The position numbers and the translations under genes are program-made. Positions 40,485 to 50,666 of a DNA stretch of 64,000 nt are shown here, in pieces. Below the pieces are notes generated by a model. That model was given only the letters and a program-made list of their open reading frames with translations, made no database searches and was not told where the DNA came from. Location: contig DXJO01000010.1 in the NCBI GenBank assembly GCA_019057475.1, positions 160,001 to 224,000 on the forward strand. The letters run 5' to 3'. Numbering within the stretch: position 1 is the stretch's first letter; each line of letters begins with the position of its first letter. Source of the stretch: Candidatus Thorarchaeota archaeon. GTDB taxonomy: Archaea; Asgardarchaeota; Thorarchaeia; Thorarchaeales; Thorarchaeaceae.

Positions 40485-40841
40485 ATGACCAAATCCGACC
40501 TTCGCCCCCCTGTGAATCTTAAGTTAGCATCAATGGCAGATCTAGCCCGAATGCTGGTGTCTTGGTCCCAGAGAGACCGAGCGGCAAGCATGCTATACTT
40601 CGAGGACAAAGGAAAACACATCTACGGCACGCTCATTTCGAACCGCGGTTACTATGAGATGCAAGGAATCCCGCTGTGGGTCTACACCGAAGGTGAGTCC
40701 GCTCCTGCTGGGAATTTCTTGGCATACAGTACCCGCCCAAAGGAATCTGTTGAGTTTGTCGAATCTATTGAGTCCGAACCAAGGGTGGCTTACCTTCCGA
40801 TAATCACGCTGGCTGAGAAACTGGAGATACTGGACATATAG
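40485..40841 (+). CDS. Archaeal hypothetical protein
   Basis: MTKSDLRPPVNLKLASMADLARML...; TATA-like CTTATAAG about 35 nt upstream. Confidence 0.7.
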   Translation: MTKSDLRPPVNLKLASMADLARMLVSWSQRDRAASMLYFEDKGKHIYGTLISNRGYYEMQGIPLWVYTEGESAPAGNFLAYSTRPKESVEFVESIESEPRVAYLPIITLAEKLEILDI

Positions 40842-40865
40842 GCACGCTCCTCTTGATCTCTGAGC

Positions 40866-41306
40866 CTAGTCACGGTCCATCGTGGACCAGAATGTCGTGC
40901 GATTCTTCAACCATTGTCTGAAATCCTGAACTATCATCTCATGATCGAAGGCGAGCCGCTCCTCACGCAGGTCATTCACGTCATACCACTTGGTATCAGC
41001 CGCATCGTCCCCTCCCTGCAGTTGACCACCAACCATTTTCCCAACGAAGACTACTGACACAGTGTGGCCGCGAGGGTCTCTCTCTGGGTCACTGTAGACC
41101 CCCAATATCTCACTGAGGTCAATCGCCATTCCTGTTTCTTCTTGAATCTCTCTCCTGGCGGCCGCCTCCACCGTTTCGCCATACTCCACGAATCCGCCAG
41201 GCAATGCCCACTTACCTTGATGCGGAGGTTGTCCCCTTTTCACGAGCAGTATCTTGTTACCATCAACCACTACAACATCAACGGACAGTGCTGGGTTTCG
41301 ATGCAT
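40866..41306 (-). CDS. NUDIX hydrolase (ADP-ribose pyrophosphatase-like)
   Basis: Nudix box GGFVEYGETVEAAARREIQEETG; RDPRGH; LAFDH. Confidence 0.95.
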   Translation of the reverse strand: MHRNPALSVDVVVVDGNKILLVKRGQPPHQGKWALPGGFVEYGETVEAAARREIQEETGMAIDLSEILGVYSDPERDPRGHTVSVVFVGKMVGGQLQGGDDAADTKWYDVNDLREERLAFDHEMIVQDFRQWLKNRTTFWSTMDRD

Positions 41307-41307
41307 C

Positions 41308-42354
41308 TCAATACAGCTCCCTCGGTGATGCCCGCAGGAAATTGACTATGATGACTACAGCGAAGATTAGAAAGGCAAGCCAAATAATCAGGGTCTTGAC
41401 AGGCACCTCATACTCTTGAAGGAATGAGATTCCTTTGAAGAGCCCCTCCACAACGAGAAACATGCCTACGATGATGATGTTTGAGGTACCTCCCATCGTA
41501 CTTGTGTCTTCTACCTTGAGTCCTTTTCTTACTAGAATCATGATGACGACGATAATCAGGGAGATATTGTTGATGTAGCTGGTGAAAAGCCAGCTCATAT
41601 CGAAGAAGGGGATTGTGCCGAACGGGGTGGGAACTGGCGGCAACCACAGCGCTACGAAGATGAAGAAAAGCAGGAGTTCACCAATTCGAATCCACTTTGT
41701 CGGGGGCTTGGTATAGGATTCCCCGTAGACACCCTTGTCATATTCGCCGGCCGCATAGTACATGAAGTAAACAGGCGCCCCAAAGCTCAAGGCATTCACC
41801 AAGCTTTGTGCAACTCCATAGACCACATTGAACCAGAATGTCCTCCAATTGAGCAGAATAGACTCCCACACTTGCATATACATTGGCATGAAATTAAGCA
41901 ACACAAAGGTGGGAACGATACAGAGGATAATAGCAACCACCACCGCGAGAGCAGCTGCTGGTTTCCCTCCGCCAAGTCTACCTACTCCAACACCATAGAA
42001 GACATGTCCAGCCACCGCAAGGCCCCCAAGTATTGCTAGTGGCGCAGTCACCATTGGGAGGATAAAGAACATCAGCACGAATGATGCGTTGGTGCCATAG
42101 AAGAGTCGCCATCGCAAAGGCACGGCAGTGGTGCTCTCCTGCATTAGTTGAATGGTGTTTGCAAGCCTATAACGCCTGTAGTACAAGAGTGCTAACCACG
42201 GGACCGAGAAGACCGCTGGCGCAACGGCGTAGTGGAAAATCCAGTTATGAAGTGGGTCTGAAAACGGAGTCATCTGCGGTAGCAGGAAGACCAGCAATAG
42301 GAAGTACACTGGAGTGATCACTGCTATTGCGACTACTGTGATGCGGGTCATCAT
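41308..42354 (-). CDS. Multi-pass membrane protein, hypothetical
   Basis: About 9 TM segments. Confidence 0.7.
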   Translation of the reverse strand: MMTRITVVAIAVITPVYFLLLVFLLPQMTPFSDPLHNWIFHYAVAPAVFSVPWLALLYYRRYRLANTIQLMQESTTAVPLRWRLFYGTNASFVLMFFILPMVTAPLAILGGLAVAGHVFYGVGVGRLGGGKPAAALAVVVAIILCIVPTFVLLNFMPMYMQVWESILLNWRTFWFNVVYGVAQSLVNALSFGAPVYFMYYAAGEYDKGVYGESYTKPPTKWIRIGELLLFFIFVALWLPPVPTPFGTIPFFDMSWLFTSYINNISLIIVVIMILVRKGLKVEDTSTMGGTSNIIIVGMFLVVEGLFKGISFLQEYEVPVKTLIIWLAFLIFAVVIIVNFLRASPRELY

Positions 42355-42440
42355 CCAGTCTGATTTCACTTTACGTCGCCAGCAGCTCGTTATCATAATG
42401 TGTTATAAGTATGCTCGGCAGATAGTTTGGTCGTGGTGCT

Positions 42441-43232
42441 TTGGAATTGACTAGGCAATCATTCACAAGGAAGCTCTCGGCAGCCTCCTATGTTCGGAAG
42501 AGTCGGTTGATAGTTGGACTTGACCTGACTGCAGACATGGCAGTCAAACGCAGGGCCGAAAAAGACCGCCTTGAGAAAGAGGCGTTGCGAATCGTATCAC
42601 TGACTGCCGAGCATGCAGTTGCCTTCAAGTTCAATCGACAATTGGTCCTTCCTCTCGGCGTTTTCGACGGAGTCCCGAAGATTATAGACGCCATTCATGA
42701 CCTAGGCCTAACTGCCATAATGGACTGCAAGATAAACGATATTGGCAACACGAACTCGTGGATTGCTCGCTACTACTTTGAAGCCGGGTTCGATGCTGTG
42801 ATAGTGAATCCGCTTGTCGGCTGGGAGGGCGGGCTCGACTCAGTCTTTGAGATGGCCGAGGGCCAAGATAGAGGTGTCATAACGCTCTGCTACATGTCGC
42901 ATCCAGCAGCTGATGAGGGTTACGGGCTGTACGTGACCACTGAGAGGAAAAAGAAGGTACACGAGCCGCTATACATGACTTTTGCACAGCGCGCTAAGAA
43001 CTGGCACGCCGATGGTGTTATTGTAGGCGCAACATATCCTGAAAAGATAACTGAGGTTAGGAGTGTGCTTGGCTCTACCATTCCAATCATTAGTCCAGGC
43101 ATAGGTGCGCAGGGTGGCAGCGCACGGCAGGCAATCGAGGCCGGGGCATCCTATGTCATTGCCGCGAGGTCGATTGTGGAATCTGATGATCCGGCTGCAG
43201 TCGCTGCGAGCATCGCTGCAGAAACTCAATAA
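42441..43232 (+). CDS. pyrF: Orotidine-5'-phosphate decarboxylase
   Basis: IVGLD, DCKINDIGNT, VGATYP, SPGIGAQGG, ARSI. Confidence 0.93.
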   Translation: MELTRQSFTRKLSAASYVRKSRLIVGLDLTADMAVKRRAEKDRLEKEALRIVSLTAEHAVAFKFNRQLVLPLGVFDGVPKIIDAIHDLGLTAIMDCKINDIGNTNSWIARYYFEAGFDAVIVNPLVGWEGGLDSVFEMAEGQDRGVITLCYMSHPAADEGYGLYVTTERKKKVHEPLYMTFAQRAKNWHADGVIVGATYPEKITEVRSVLGSTIPIISPGIGAQGGSARQAIEAGASYVIAARSIVESDDPAAVAASIAAETQ

Positions 43233-43460
43233 AACACCGCCCTATCTCCGCAGACATCGTATCACTTCTTTGAGAATCTCACATTACGGTACACTGTTGT
43301 ACATTGTAGCCCGTAGGCGCTCACCAGAGATTGCAGCAAGCTCGAAATAAATATAGGCCGAGTAACTTCTGTTTTCAGTGGTGATGTACGCCTCTGTACA
43401 CGCTGCGCAACGACGGGGACAGGATGTACGTGACAATCAACAAACGTGGAGCCCTAACCG

Positions 43461-44732
43461 ATGGCCGATAACAAGAACAGGTATCAATTCGCAACATGGA
43501 CTTCCTTCATTGCGGAGTCCCAGATTAGAGCACTGCTGAAATACACTGTCAAATACTACTTTGCTGGTGGGAAACCGGGAATCATTCCAACTGATATTTT
43601 TGCAAAGATACTAGCTGACCTGAGTGAGCAGTATATCAAAGACCCCAAGATGGCCCTAGACGATCTCAACTACGGACCAACTGGTGGACAGCCTTGGTTC
43701 TTGAAGACCTTGGCGAAACGACTCCACGATGTTAGAGGAATCCATATAGACTGTGAATCAGAGTGGGAGTGCGTATCCATAACAAGCGGGTCACAACAGG
43801 CGCTCTACGCCATTCTTGATACCATGGTCGATCCTGGTGATGTCATAATCACACCTTCGCCAGCATATCTGGGTTTTCTGGTGCCCGCGGTAAAGCTTGG
43901 TGCGCGGGTCATTACAGTGCCCACGGATCTTGAAGGAATAATTCCGGAGTACGTTACAAAGGCAATCCAGTTGTCTGAAATCAAGTTTGGCAAGACTCCT
44001 GACATTCTCTATGTGGTCCCCGACTCGGATAATCCAAAGGGAACAACTCTACCTCAGAAGAGGCGTCAGGAACTCTTTGATACCTGCGAGAGTCACAACA
44101 TTCTGTTGCTTGAGGATTCAGCTTACGCTGAGATTCAGTTTAAGAAAACGCCCAAACCCATTAAGGTTCTCGACAAGGATAACTCGCGTATTGCGTATCT
44201 AGGCACTACAAGCAAGGAGGCCGCAGTGCTAAGAGTAGGATATTCTGTCCTGCCACCAAACGTTAGAGAAGAGGTGTTGAAGGACAAGGGCTATCTAGAC
44301 CTCTGCACATCTACTATGATTCAGCGCATATTGAACGAGTACTACATAAAGTACATCGATGAAGCTATGCGTGTGGGCATACCAAAATACAAGAAACGGT
44401 ACGAGGCGATGGCTACGGCCATTGACGAATCATTCCCCGCAGGGCAACGAACTGACCCAACGGGAGGATTCTTCATCTGGTGGCAGAGTGAGAACAAAGC
44501 GTTTGACAGTGGAGAGTTCCTGCAGAAGACGGCAATCCCCAACGACCTGCTCTACGTTCCTGGGAAGCCATTCTATCCAATCACTGGCTACGCGATTAAT
44601 GACAGTGGCAATGACCTTATTCCTAGTATGCCAGAGCTCAATACAATGCGTCTAGGCTTCTCATATGTGACGCCTGAGATTATTTCGGAGGGCGTATCCA
44701 AACTGGGCAAGCTTCTAACAAAAGAGCTCTAG
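43461..44732 (+). CDS. PLP-dependent class I aminotransferase (LysN/aromatic aminotransferase-like)
   Basis: YGPTGG, ITSGSQQAL, NPKGTT, EDSAY, GTTSK...LRVG, GGFFIW, MRLGFS. Confidence 0.9.
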   Translation: MADNKNRYQFATWTSFIAESQIRALLKYTVKYYFAGGKPGIIPTDIFAKILADLSEQYIKDPKMALDDLNYGPTGGQPWFLKTLAKRLHDVRGIHIDCESEWECVSITSGSQQALYAILDTMVDPGDVIITPSPAYLGFLVPAVKLGARVITVPTDLEGIIPEYVTKAIQLSEIKFGKTPDILYVVPDSDNPKGTTLPQKRRQELFDTCESHNILLLEDSAYAEIQFKKTPKPIKVLDKDNSRIAYLGTTSKEAAVLRVGYSVLPPNVREEVLKDKGYLDLCTSTMIQRILNEYYIKYIDEAMRVGIPKYKKRYEAMATAIDESFPAGQRTDPTGGFFIWWQSENKAFDSGEFLQKTAIPNDLLYVPGKPFYPITGYAINDSGNDLIPSMPELNTMRLGFSYVTPEIISEGVSKLGKLLTKEL

Positions 44733-44740
44733 CTTGTCGC

Positions 44741-46456
44741 TTACACTGAGAAGTTGAAGAAGAGAGTTGCGCCGTTCTTCATGTTCGGCACATATGCGCG
44801 ACGATAGGGTCCGAATAAATCATGAACACCTGAGTTGAGCATCCATTCAATCCAAGACCAGGACGCCTCTTGGCCAAGCTTGTTTTCAGCATATTGTCCA
44901 AACACCCAGCTCAAATAGCGCTCAACCTCAAGAATGGTAGCAAGGAGATCTTTCAGTTCATCGCCCTTTGCAGTCTTGCGCTGCCCTCTCAGGTCTTCCA
45001 GTGATACATTCAGCTCCTGATGACTCTCCAGTATCACACTCAGAAGAGACCGGATACTCTCGTTCATTTCATCATGTTTAGCCTTCTTTCTGAAGCGACC
45101 GATTGTCCCCAGCAAACGGAACATTTCTGGTTTGTGAAGCGGTGATAGGCCTTTTTCCTTCAATACTCCCGCAAGACTCTCGCTCCAAGGAGTATTGAAG
45201 TAGGCTCGCGGATACTTCAGAAATGCGGGGAAGGGCGCAGGCAGTGCTTTCGCAATTGGAATGACTTGTGCGTAATAGGCGGTTTCACCGCTTCCTCCCA
45301 CATGAGCGACGATGGGCAAGATCGTGTCGACAATCAATTGTCTGGAGTCAACTCTGGGTGATAGGTAACGTCCCACTTCACTAAGAAACGGTTCATCAGC
45401 CGATGTTTCAATCTCGACATTTTGACCGCACGATGGACATCTGCCTGTCAACACAGCCTCTGTGCCCTTCTCCTTGTACAATAGCTCGGTCCTACTCCTA
45501 TTGCATTCTTTCTCAGGGCACTCGTAGTAGAATGGCACATAGTTGAGCTTTCTAGATCCGGCGCCTGGTCTGAATCCGCTCTTCACAATGAGGTCTGTTG
45601 CTCTCTCGTGAGTCTTAAGGAAAACATCTCTTTGCTTCTTGGCCAATATGAATTCCATTCCCTCAACCATTAGATCTCGGAACACCTCATCTGATGCCGG
45701 GATAATCGGGATACCCAAGTTCCCCTCGATATTCAGAAGTCGACCAATTATTTTCTGAGCCCAATCGCCAAGGGTTCTGGAGTTGACAAATCCCCAACGT
45801 GTAATTGCCAGCGCCTGTTCGAGCCTTTCTTCAAAGAGTGTTCGCACAGGTTTGTCGAGGGGCTTGAGAAGGGGTCTATAGCTATGTCGAAGCTTCTCTT
45901 CAATCGCGTTGTACCATTCAATCTCAGGCAGAGGGAGAACGCTGACAGGCGAGTGCTTATAGCCTCTTGGTACAGGAATGCTCAGAAGATTGCCTTCGGG
46001 TCCCATGTTTGGAGTTCTGATATTGATCAGTTCTGATTGAACGATATCATAGTCTGCAACGAAGAAGACCGGAACGACATCGAGTCCTTGCTGAACACCA
46101 AAACTGCTGATTCGTTCTGCTGTGATTGCCTTGTTGAGAATGTATGCGGGGCCTCCCATTACTACACTCTGGTGAGCCGCTTCGACAACTCCATTACCGA
46201 GTCGTTTGATGTTCTCTTCCACACTGGGGGTCAAACATGCAAGCCCACGATTGGCCTTAATCAATGTCTTTCGGAGCAGTTTCATTCTCTCGTCGGTATG
46301 CCAGAGTCTATCCTTGTATTCCGCAAGTATCTTCGGAAACTCTGACACGATCTCTCCCATCGTGACGATTGGAGAACCATAAAGATCAGCTGCAAGACGC
46401 GACTGTGTGCCGCTCCAGATGAACTCCTGATAGATACTCGTCACACCGGGTTTCAA
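44741..46456 (-). CDS. bshC: BshC-like cysteine-adding enzyme of bacillithiol synthesis
   Basis: AHQ...GGPAYILNKAITA, VVPVFF..D.D, LSP.V..R, LP.VAHVGGSGETAYYAQ, PR; immediately downstream of bshA. Confidence 0.8.
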   Translation of the reverse strand: MKPGVTSIYQEFIWSGTQSRLAADLYGSPIVTMGEIVSEFPKILAEYKDRLWHTDERMKLLRKTLIKANRGLACLTPSVEENIKRLGNGVVEAAHQSVVMGGPAYILNKAITAERISSFGVQQGLDVVPVFFVADYDIVQSELINIRTPNMGPEGNLLSIPVPRGYKHSPVSVLPLPEIEWYNAIEEKLRHSYRPLLKPLDKPVRTLFEERLEQALAITRWGFVNSRTLGDWAQKIIGRLLNIEGNLGIPIIPASDEVFRDLMVEGMEFILAKKQRDVFLKTHERATDLIVKSGFRPGAGSRKLNYVPFYYECPEKECNRSRTELLYKEKGTEAVLTGRCPSCGQNVEIETSADEPFLSEVGRYLSPRVDSRQLIVDTILPIVAHVGGSGETAYYAQVIPIAKALPAPFPAFLKYPRAYFNTPWSESLAGVLKEKGLSPLHKPEMFRLLGTIGRFRKKAKHDEMNESIRSLLSVILESHQELNVSLEDLRGQRKTAKGDELKDLLATILEVERYLSWVFGQYAENKLGQEASWSWIEWMLNSGVHDLFGPYRRAYVPNMKNGATLFFNFSV

Positions 46457-46473
46457 GATACTCTCCTACCTTC

Positions 46474-47646
46474 CTATTTACTAATGACTTCCTCAAAGAT
46501 TTTTTCGTACTTGGGAACGATTGCCTTGGCTGCAAAGTGTTCCTCCACACGTTTTCTGCCGGCAGCAGACATCTGCTCCCTCATTTTCTCTTTGTCCAAG
46601 AGCTCGATGACTGCATCCGCGAACTCCTCGATTTCGAAGCCTTTGGTTACAATCCCATCCTTGCCGGGTCGAACCAGCTCTGGAATACCTCCTGCGGGAG
46701 TAGTGACCACTGGCAGACCGCACGACATAGACTCCAAGAGAACAAGTGGCATGCCTTCTAGCATCGAGTTGAGCAGGAATGCATCCGCAGAGCACATAAT
46801 CTCCAGCATGTTGCTCTTTATCCCCAGAAGATGAACATTATTGCAGAGGTCAAGTGCATCTATTCGTCTCTCAACCTCTATTCTTGTTGGACCATCGCCG
46901 GCAATCAGAAGACGGGTGTTCGGATGATGGTCGACAACTATCCGCATGATGTCAACCAGCTCGACGACTCGTTTCACCTTGCGGAAGTTTGACGCATGAA
47001 GCAGGACTATCTCTCCGGGATTAATCTCTTGGGCTTCTTCTGTACTCCTTACAGAAACGCAACCACTCTCAACTACCAGTTTGAAGTCGCTCTTTGGCGC
47101 GAATTTTTTCACGTCGATGAAGTTCGGTATCACATGTACTTCCCGTGTGATTCCCAATTCCCCGACTATCTTCTTCTTGAGGAACTCGGATACTGTTGTC
47201 ACGGCATCAGCGTTTTGAACGACATGTTCGACCACTGGCCTATAGGCAGGGTCCTGACCGAGTGAGTGCACATCTGAACCATGTAGAGTGACCACGTAGG
47301 GGATGCCACATATTTCCCGGGCCATGTAAGCTGACATTGCGTGTGGTATTGCGTAGTGTGAGTGAATAAGATCAAGCTTAGAATCCTTGGCCACCTTGAC
47401 TATCTTTGATGTCAATGCCATTGTATATGGTGGTCCCACATCCTTGAACAACGGGTAGTCAAAGCGGTCGACAAGGTCCACGTGGACCCCTCGCGTTTGC
47501 TCCCACATCAACGAGAACGGGCGCTCGTAGGTGATGAAGTGCATCACATGCCCTCGATGTGTCAAATGTTGTCCAAGGCGGGTTGCCAGATATCCGGACC
47601 CTCCCATCGAGGGATATAGATTCACACCAATGTTCAAGCGTGTCAC
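46474..47646 (-). CDS. bshA: BshA-like N-acetyl-alpha-D-glucosaminyl L-malate synthase (GT4)
   Basis: YPSMGGSG..AT.LG, HFITYERPF, YPLF..PPY..AL.SK, HSHYAIPHA, TLHGSD, HASNFRKVKRV. Confidence 0.88.
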   Translation of the reverse strand: MTRLNIGVNLYPSMGGSGYLATRLGQHLTHRGHVMHFITYERPFSLMWEQTRGVHVDLVDRFDYPLFKDVGPPYTMALTSKIVKVAKDSKLDLIHSHYAIPHAMSAYMAREICGIPYVVTLHGSDVHSLGQDPAYRPVVEHVVQNADAVTTVSEFLKKKIVGELGITREVHVIPNFIDVKKFAPKSDFKLVVESGCVSVRSTEEAQEINPGEIVLLHASNFRKVKRVVELVDIMRIVVDHHPNTRLLIAGDGPTRIEVERRIDALDLCNNVHLLGIKSNMLEIMCSADAFLLNSMLEGMPLVLLESMSCGLPVVTTPAGGIPELVRPGKDGIVTKGFEIEEFADAVIELLDKEKMREQMSAAGRKRVEEHFAAKAIVPKYEKIFEEVISK

Positions 47647-47750
47647 CTTTTCAGTAGGGTTGTCTTATGCCTGTGGGCCTCGTGGTTTGAGCGGTTCAAG
47701 ACTGACCAGCGGGCCAAAGCTTGATTAGACACCAACCTGAACACGAGGAT

Positions 47751-48419
47751 ATGAGTGATGCGGATGAGGCCTCCATGCTCGTTGTAGTTGCTCATCCTGA
47801 TGATGAGTGTCTTGGAGCGGGCGGCACAATCAGAAGACATGCGGAGCTCGGGGTTCCTGTGAGTGTTCTATGTCTCACTGGGAATGATGAGCGTAATGCC
47901 GAACTGAATAAGGCCTGCAAAACGCTTGGTGTGGCAGAGGTGCACACCAGTATGCGCGGCGACTTTGATGTTGACTGGTCACTCTCACATGAAATCGCTC
48001 AGACAATCCTCCGGACCCGACCCAGAATCATAATCACTCATTCTGTTGAGGACTACAACCGTAATCATAATCTCTGTGCGCAAATCGTAATGGAGGCAGT
48101 GGAATGGGCTTCCCACGTCACAATGTTTGATGATGCCCATAGGGTTGAGCGCATATACAACATGGAGATCAACTCCCTTCTTTCGCGTCCAAGCATCATG
48201 GTCGATGTTTCTGACTGCTACGATACTGCTGTACAAGCTCTTAAGCAGCACGAATCCCAGATGTCTAAGGCAAGCGGCTTTTACCCCAATTTATACGACG
48301 CCCGCACTCGCCTTCGTGGAGTGCAAGCTGCCTGTAACCGAGCTGAGGCCTTTGGTCTATCACCTTTAAGACATGCAGGCCCATTTTATCCTGTCAACAG
48401 CGTCCGAAGTTTGATCTAG
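47751..48419 (+). CDS. PIG-L family deacetylase, BshB-like
   Basis: VVAHPDDE.LGAGGTI, VDVS, ALKQHESQ, RG..A...AEAF; divergent from bshA. Confidence 0.8.
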   Translation: MSDADEASMLVVVAHPDDECLGAGGTIRRHAELGVPVSVLCLTGNDERNAELNKACKTLGVAEVHTSMRGDFDVDWSLSHEIAQTILRTRPRIIITHSVEDYNRNHNLCAQIVMEAVEWASHVTMFDDAHRVERIYNMEINSLLSRPSIMVDVSDCYDTAVQALKQHESQMSKASGFYPNLYDARTRLRGVQAACNRAEAFGLSPLRHAGPFYPVNSVRSLI

Positions 48420-48437
48420 CCTTTGGCAATCATTCTT

Positions 48438-48830
48438 CTACTGACCGGTAGCATCAGTTTTTCTTCTTCTAGCTGCAAGAAGGCTCTTCAACTCGCCCAT
48501 GAGCCCGCCTCCACCTCCAGTTGGTGGGGGTCGTGCTGAGGGCGCCTTGGCTATCGGGGCACTAGCCATATCGGGGGCAGCAGAAGCAGCAGCTGAGGCT
48601 GCTGACGGGGGCGCAACTCCGCGACTAGCTATTTGGTTGACCTTCGAATCGAGTCCGTCGAGTTTTGTTTCAAGGTCATATAGGCGCGTATCCAGGCCTC
48701 CTATCGCATCCACTAGCTTCTTTGTAATGGTGCTGACGACATCCCCTAGGGCTCGAAGCTTCTCTTCAGTGGGATCTTTGAGAGCCCATTCGAATTCTTC
48801 AAGGATGAAATCCTCGTCGTCACCAGACAT
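48438..48830 (-). CDS. Small coiled-coil + Ala/Pro linker + VASP-FAB/WASH-C-like motif protein
   Basis: Heptad LDTRLYDLETKLDGLDSKVNQI; RPPPT; GGGGGLMGELKSLLAARRRK. Confidence 0.7.
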   Translation of the reverse strand: MSGDDEDFILEEFEWALKDPTEEKLRALGDVVSTITKKLVDAIGGLDTRLYDLETKLDGLDSKVNQIASRGVAPPSAASAAASAAPDMASAPIAKAPSARPPPTGGGGGLMGELKSLLAARRRKTDATGQ

Positions 48831-48908
48831 ATAGCTTAAGCCCCTTTTTCTTGTGTGAGGTTAATAGTTTCGCTATAAACATTGTCTATATAGAAGCGCT
48901 TCATTGCA

Positions 48909-50285
48909 TCATAAAGACTCCACAATTCTCTCAACAGTGCCTTTTGCATCCAACATGATTGACTCAGCAATCTCTTGGGTCGGAGCCTCGCAGGTCACCC
49001 TAATGACTGGCTCTGTCCCTGAAGGCCTGACAAGCACCCAGCCCTCTTCGAGGAAAACACCAAGACCGTCAACGGTGAGAATATCCACAGTCTTCTTCAT
49101 GGCCTCAGGCAGCGCCTTGGCCAGCTCTTTCATGGCGGCTTCCTTCTTGTTGTTCGGACACTCCACTTTGGCTTTAAGGAGCGGATAGACTGGAATCTCT
49201 GACATCAAGTCCCCGAAGCTGCGTTTCGTTTTTGCCATCAGTTCGAGTACTTTGCATGATGTAAGAAATGGATCGGGCGCTTCGTGAAACTCCGGATGAA
49301 TGAATACACCACAGGCTTCACCGCCAAAGATGGCATTGGTTTCTTGCATTTTGATAGCCACCTGAATATCCCCTACTGGCGTCCTAACCGTTTCTCCACC
49401 AGCCGCTTTGACGGTTTCATCCAAGACTCTGGAACTGTCCACTGTGGTAACGATAATCTTGTTCTTGGAGTTCTTGAGAATGTGGCGTGCAATGAGTGCA
49501 ATAACTCTATCACCCCTCACAACCTCCCCGGACTCGGTCACAAAGACAACGCGATCAGCGTCCCCATCGTGGGCTATGCCAAAGTCCGCGCCGGTCTTCC
49601 TAATCAAGCTCACGAGGTCTCCAAGAGACTCCTCATCGGGCTCAGATCTTCTTCCTGGGAAATGGCCATCTGTCTGCCCGTTGATTGTCACCATCTTGCA
49701 TCCAAGCTCTCTCATCAGATATGGTGTAAGGACACAGCCTGCGCCGTTTCCCGGGTCAACGATAATCTTGAATTCCCTTGATTTTATGAGGTCTGCATCA
49801 CAGACAGCGAGAATCTCATTGATATGACGGTCAACAGCGGTTTCCAACTTCCTGTCGGTTCCCAGCTGGTTCCATTCAGCAATCTGAAATTCCTTGGAGT
49901 TGTAGATCTCCTCAAGGCGCGCCTCCTCTGCCTGCGTGTAGCCCATGCTTGACCTCGACCAGAACTTCAAGCCAGTGTACTCGGGTGGATTGTGAGACGC
50001 TGTTACCATGACGCCGGTGTCATAGCCGTGGTACTTTGTCATGAATGCCAGAGTTGGAGTGGGGATGAGACCTGCTCTGACAACATTCACTCCTGTTGAC
50101 ATTATTCCTGCCGCAAGGGAGTCCTCCACCATGGGGCTTGTGGTTCGTGCATCGTGAGCGAGAAGAACCGTTCCGCTGCCCAAGTATGTTCCGAGAGCTT
50201 TGCCTAGTTCAATGGCCATGTCCAGCTTGAACTCAGTACCGTAGATCTTTCTCACACCAGTTGTTCCGAAGAGATTTCCTGTCAT
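48909..50285 (-). CDS. glmM: Phosphoglucosamine mutase / phosphomannomutase
   Basis: LFGTTGVR, VTASHNP, HDGDADR, GGEACG, VRPSGTEP. Confidence 0.9.
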   Translation of the reverse strand: MTGNLFGTTGVRKIYGTEFKLDMAIELGKALGTYLGSGTVLLAHDARTTSPMVEDSLAAGIMSTGVNVVRAGLIPTPTLAFMTKYHGYDTGVMVTASHNPPEYTGLKFWSRSSMGYTQAEEARLEEIYNSKEFQIAEWNQLGTDRKLETAVDRHINEILAVCDADLIKSREFKIIVDPGNGAGCVLTPYLMRELGCKMVTINGQTDGHFPGRRSEPDEESLGDLVSLIRKTGADFGIAHDGDADRVVFVTESGEVVRGDRVIALIARHILKNSKNKIIVTTVDSSRVLDETVKAAGGETVRTPVGDIQVAIKMQETNAIFGGEACGVFIHPEFHEAPDPFLTSCKVLELMAKTKRSFGDLMSEIPVYPLLKAKVECPNNKKEAAMKELAKALPEAMKKTVDILTVDGLGVFLEEGWVLVRPSGTEPVIRVTCEAPTQEIAESIMLDAKGTVERIVESL

Positions 50286-50386
50286 CCTTCTCACAGTCCG
50301 CTCGAATACAGTAATAGAAAAAAAGGCTACCGACTATGACTTATGCAGTGAATATGTAACTACTTATTCGAGGTTGACCACGAATG

Positions 50387-50666
50387 CCGTTGCCAGAAAC
50401 TTGTACAATCCTGGACATCAATGTCCTTGACTGATGTTCGGTTCCTGATTCATTGAGGTCTGCTCTGCAGATCCTGCTGAATCTGCGACAAGTCTCACGT
50501 CCTCTCCACAGGCGTTTTCTGTCTCCATCCAACTGGCGGCGACCAAACTACATGGAGGCCCTAGCAATCAGCATTGAACATCCACACCACTCAATCCTGA
50601 ACAGTATGTTATAACCCCTTACAAAATGTTTAAGATTGTACAAGTTCTTAGCAGCTGTTGTATGCC
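50387..50666 (-). mobile_element. IS607-like mini-element type B (280 bp), second copy
   Basis: Reverse-complement copy of 20067-20346, bounded by CC/GG at both ends. Removal restores GAGGT-N9-ATG CCC TTC TTT AAG. Confidence 0.9.
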
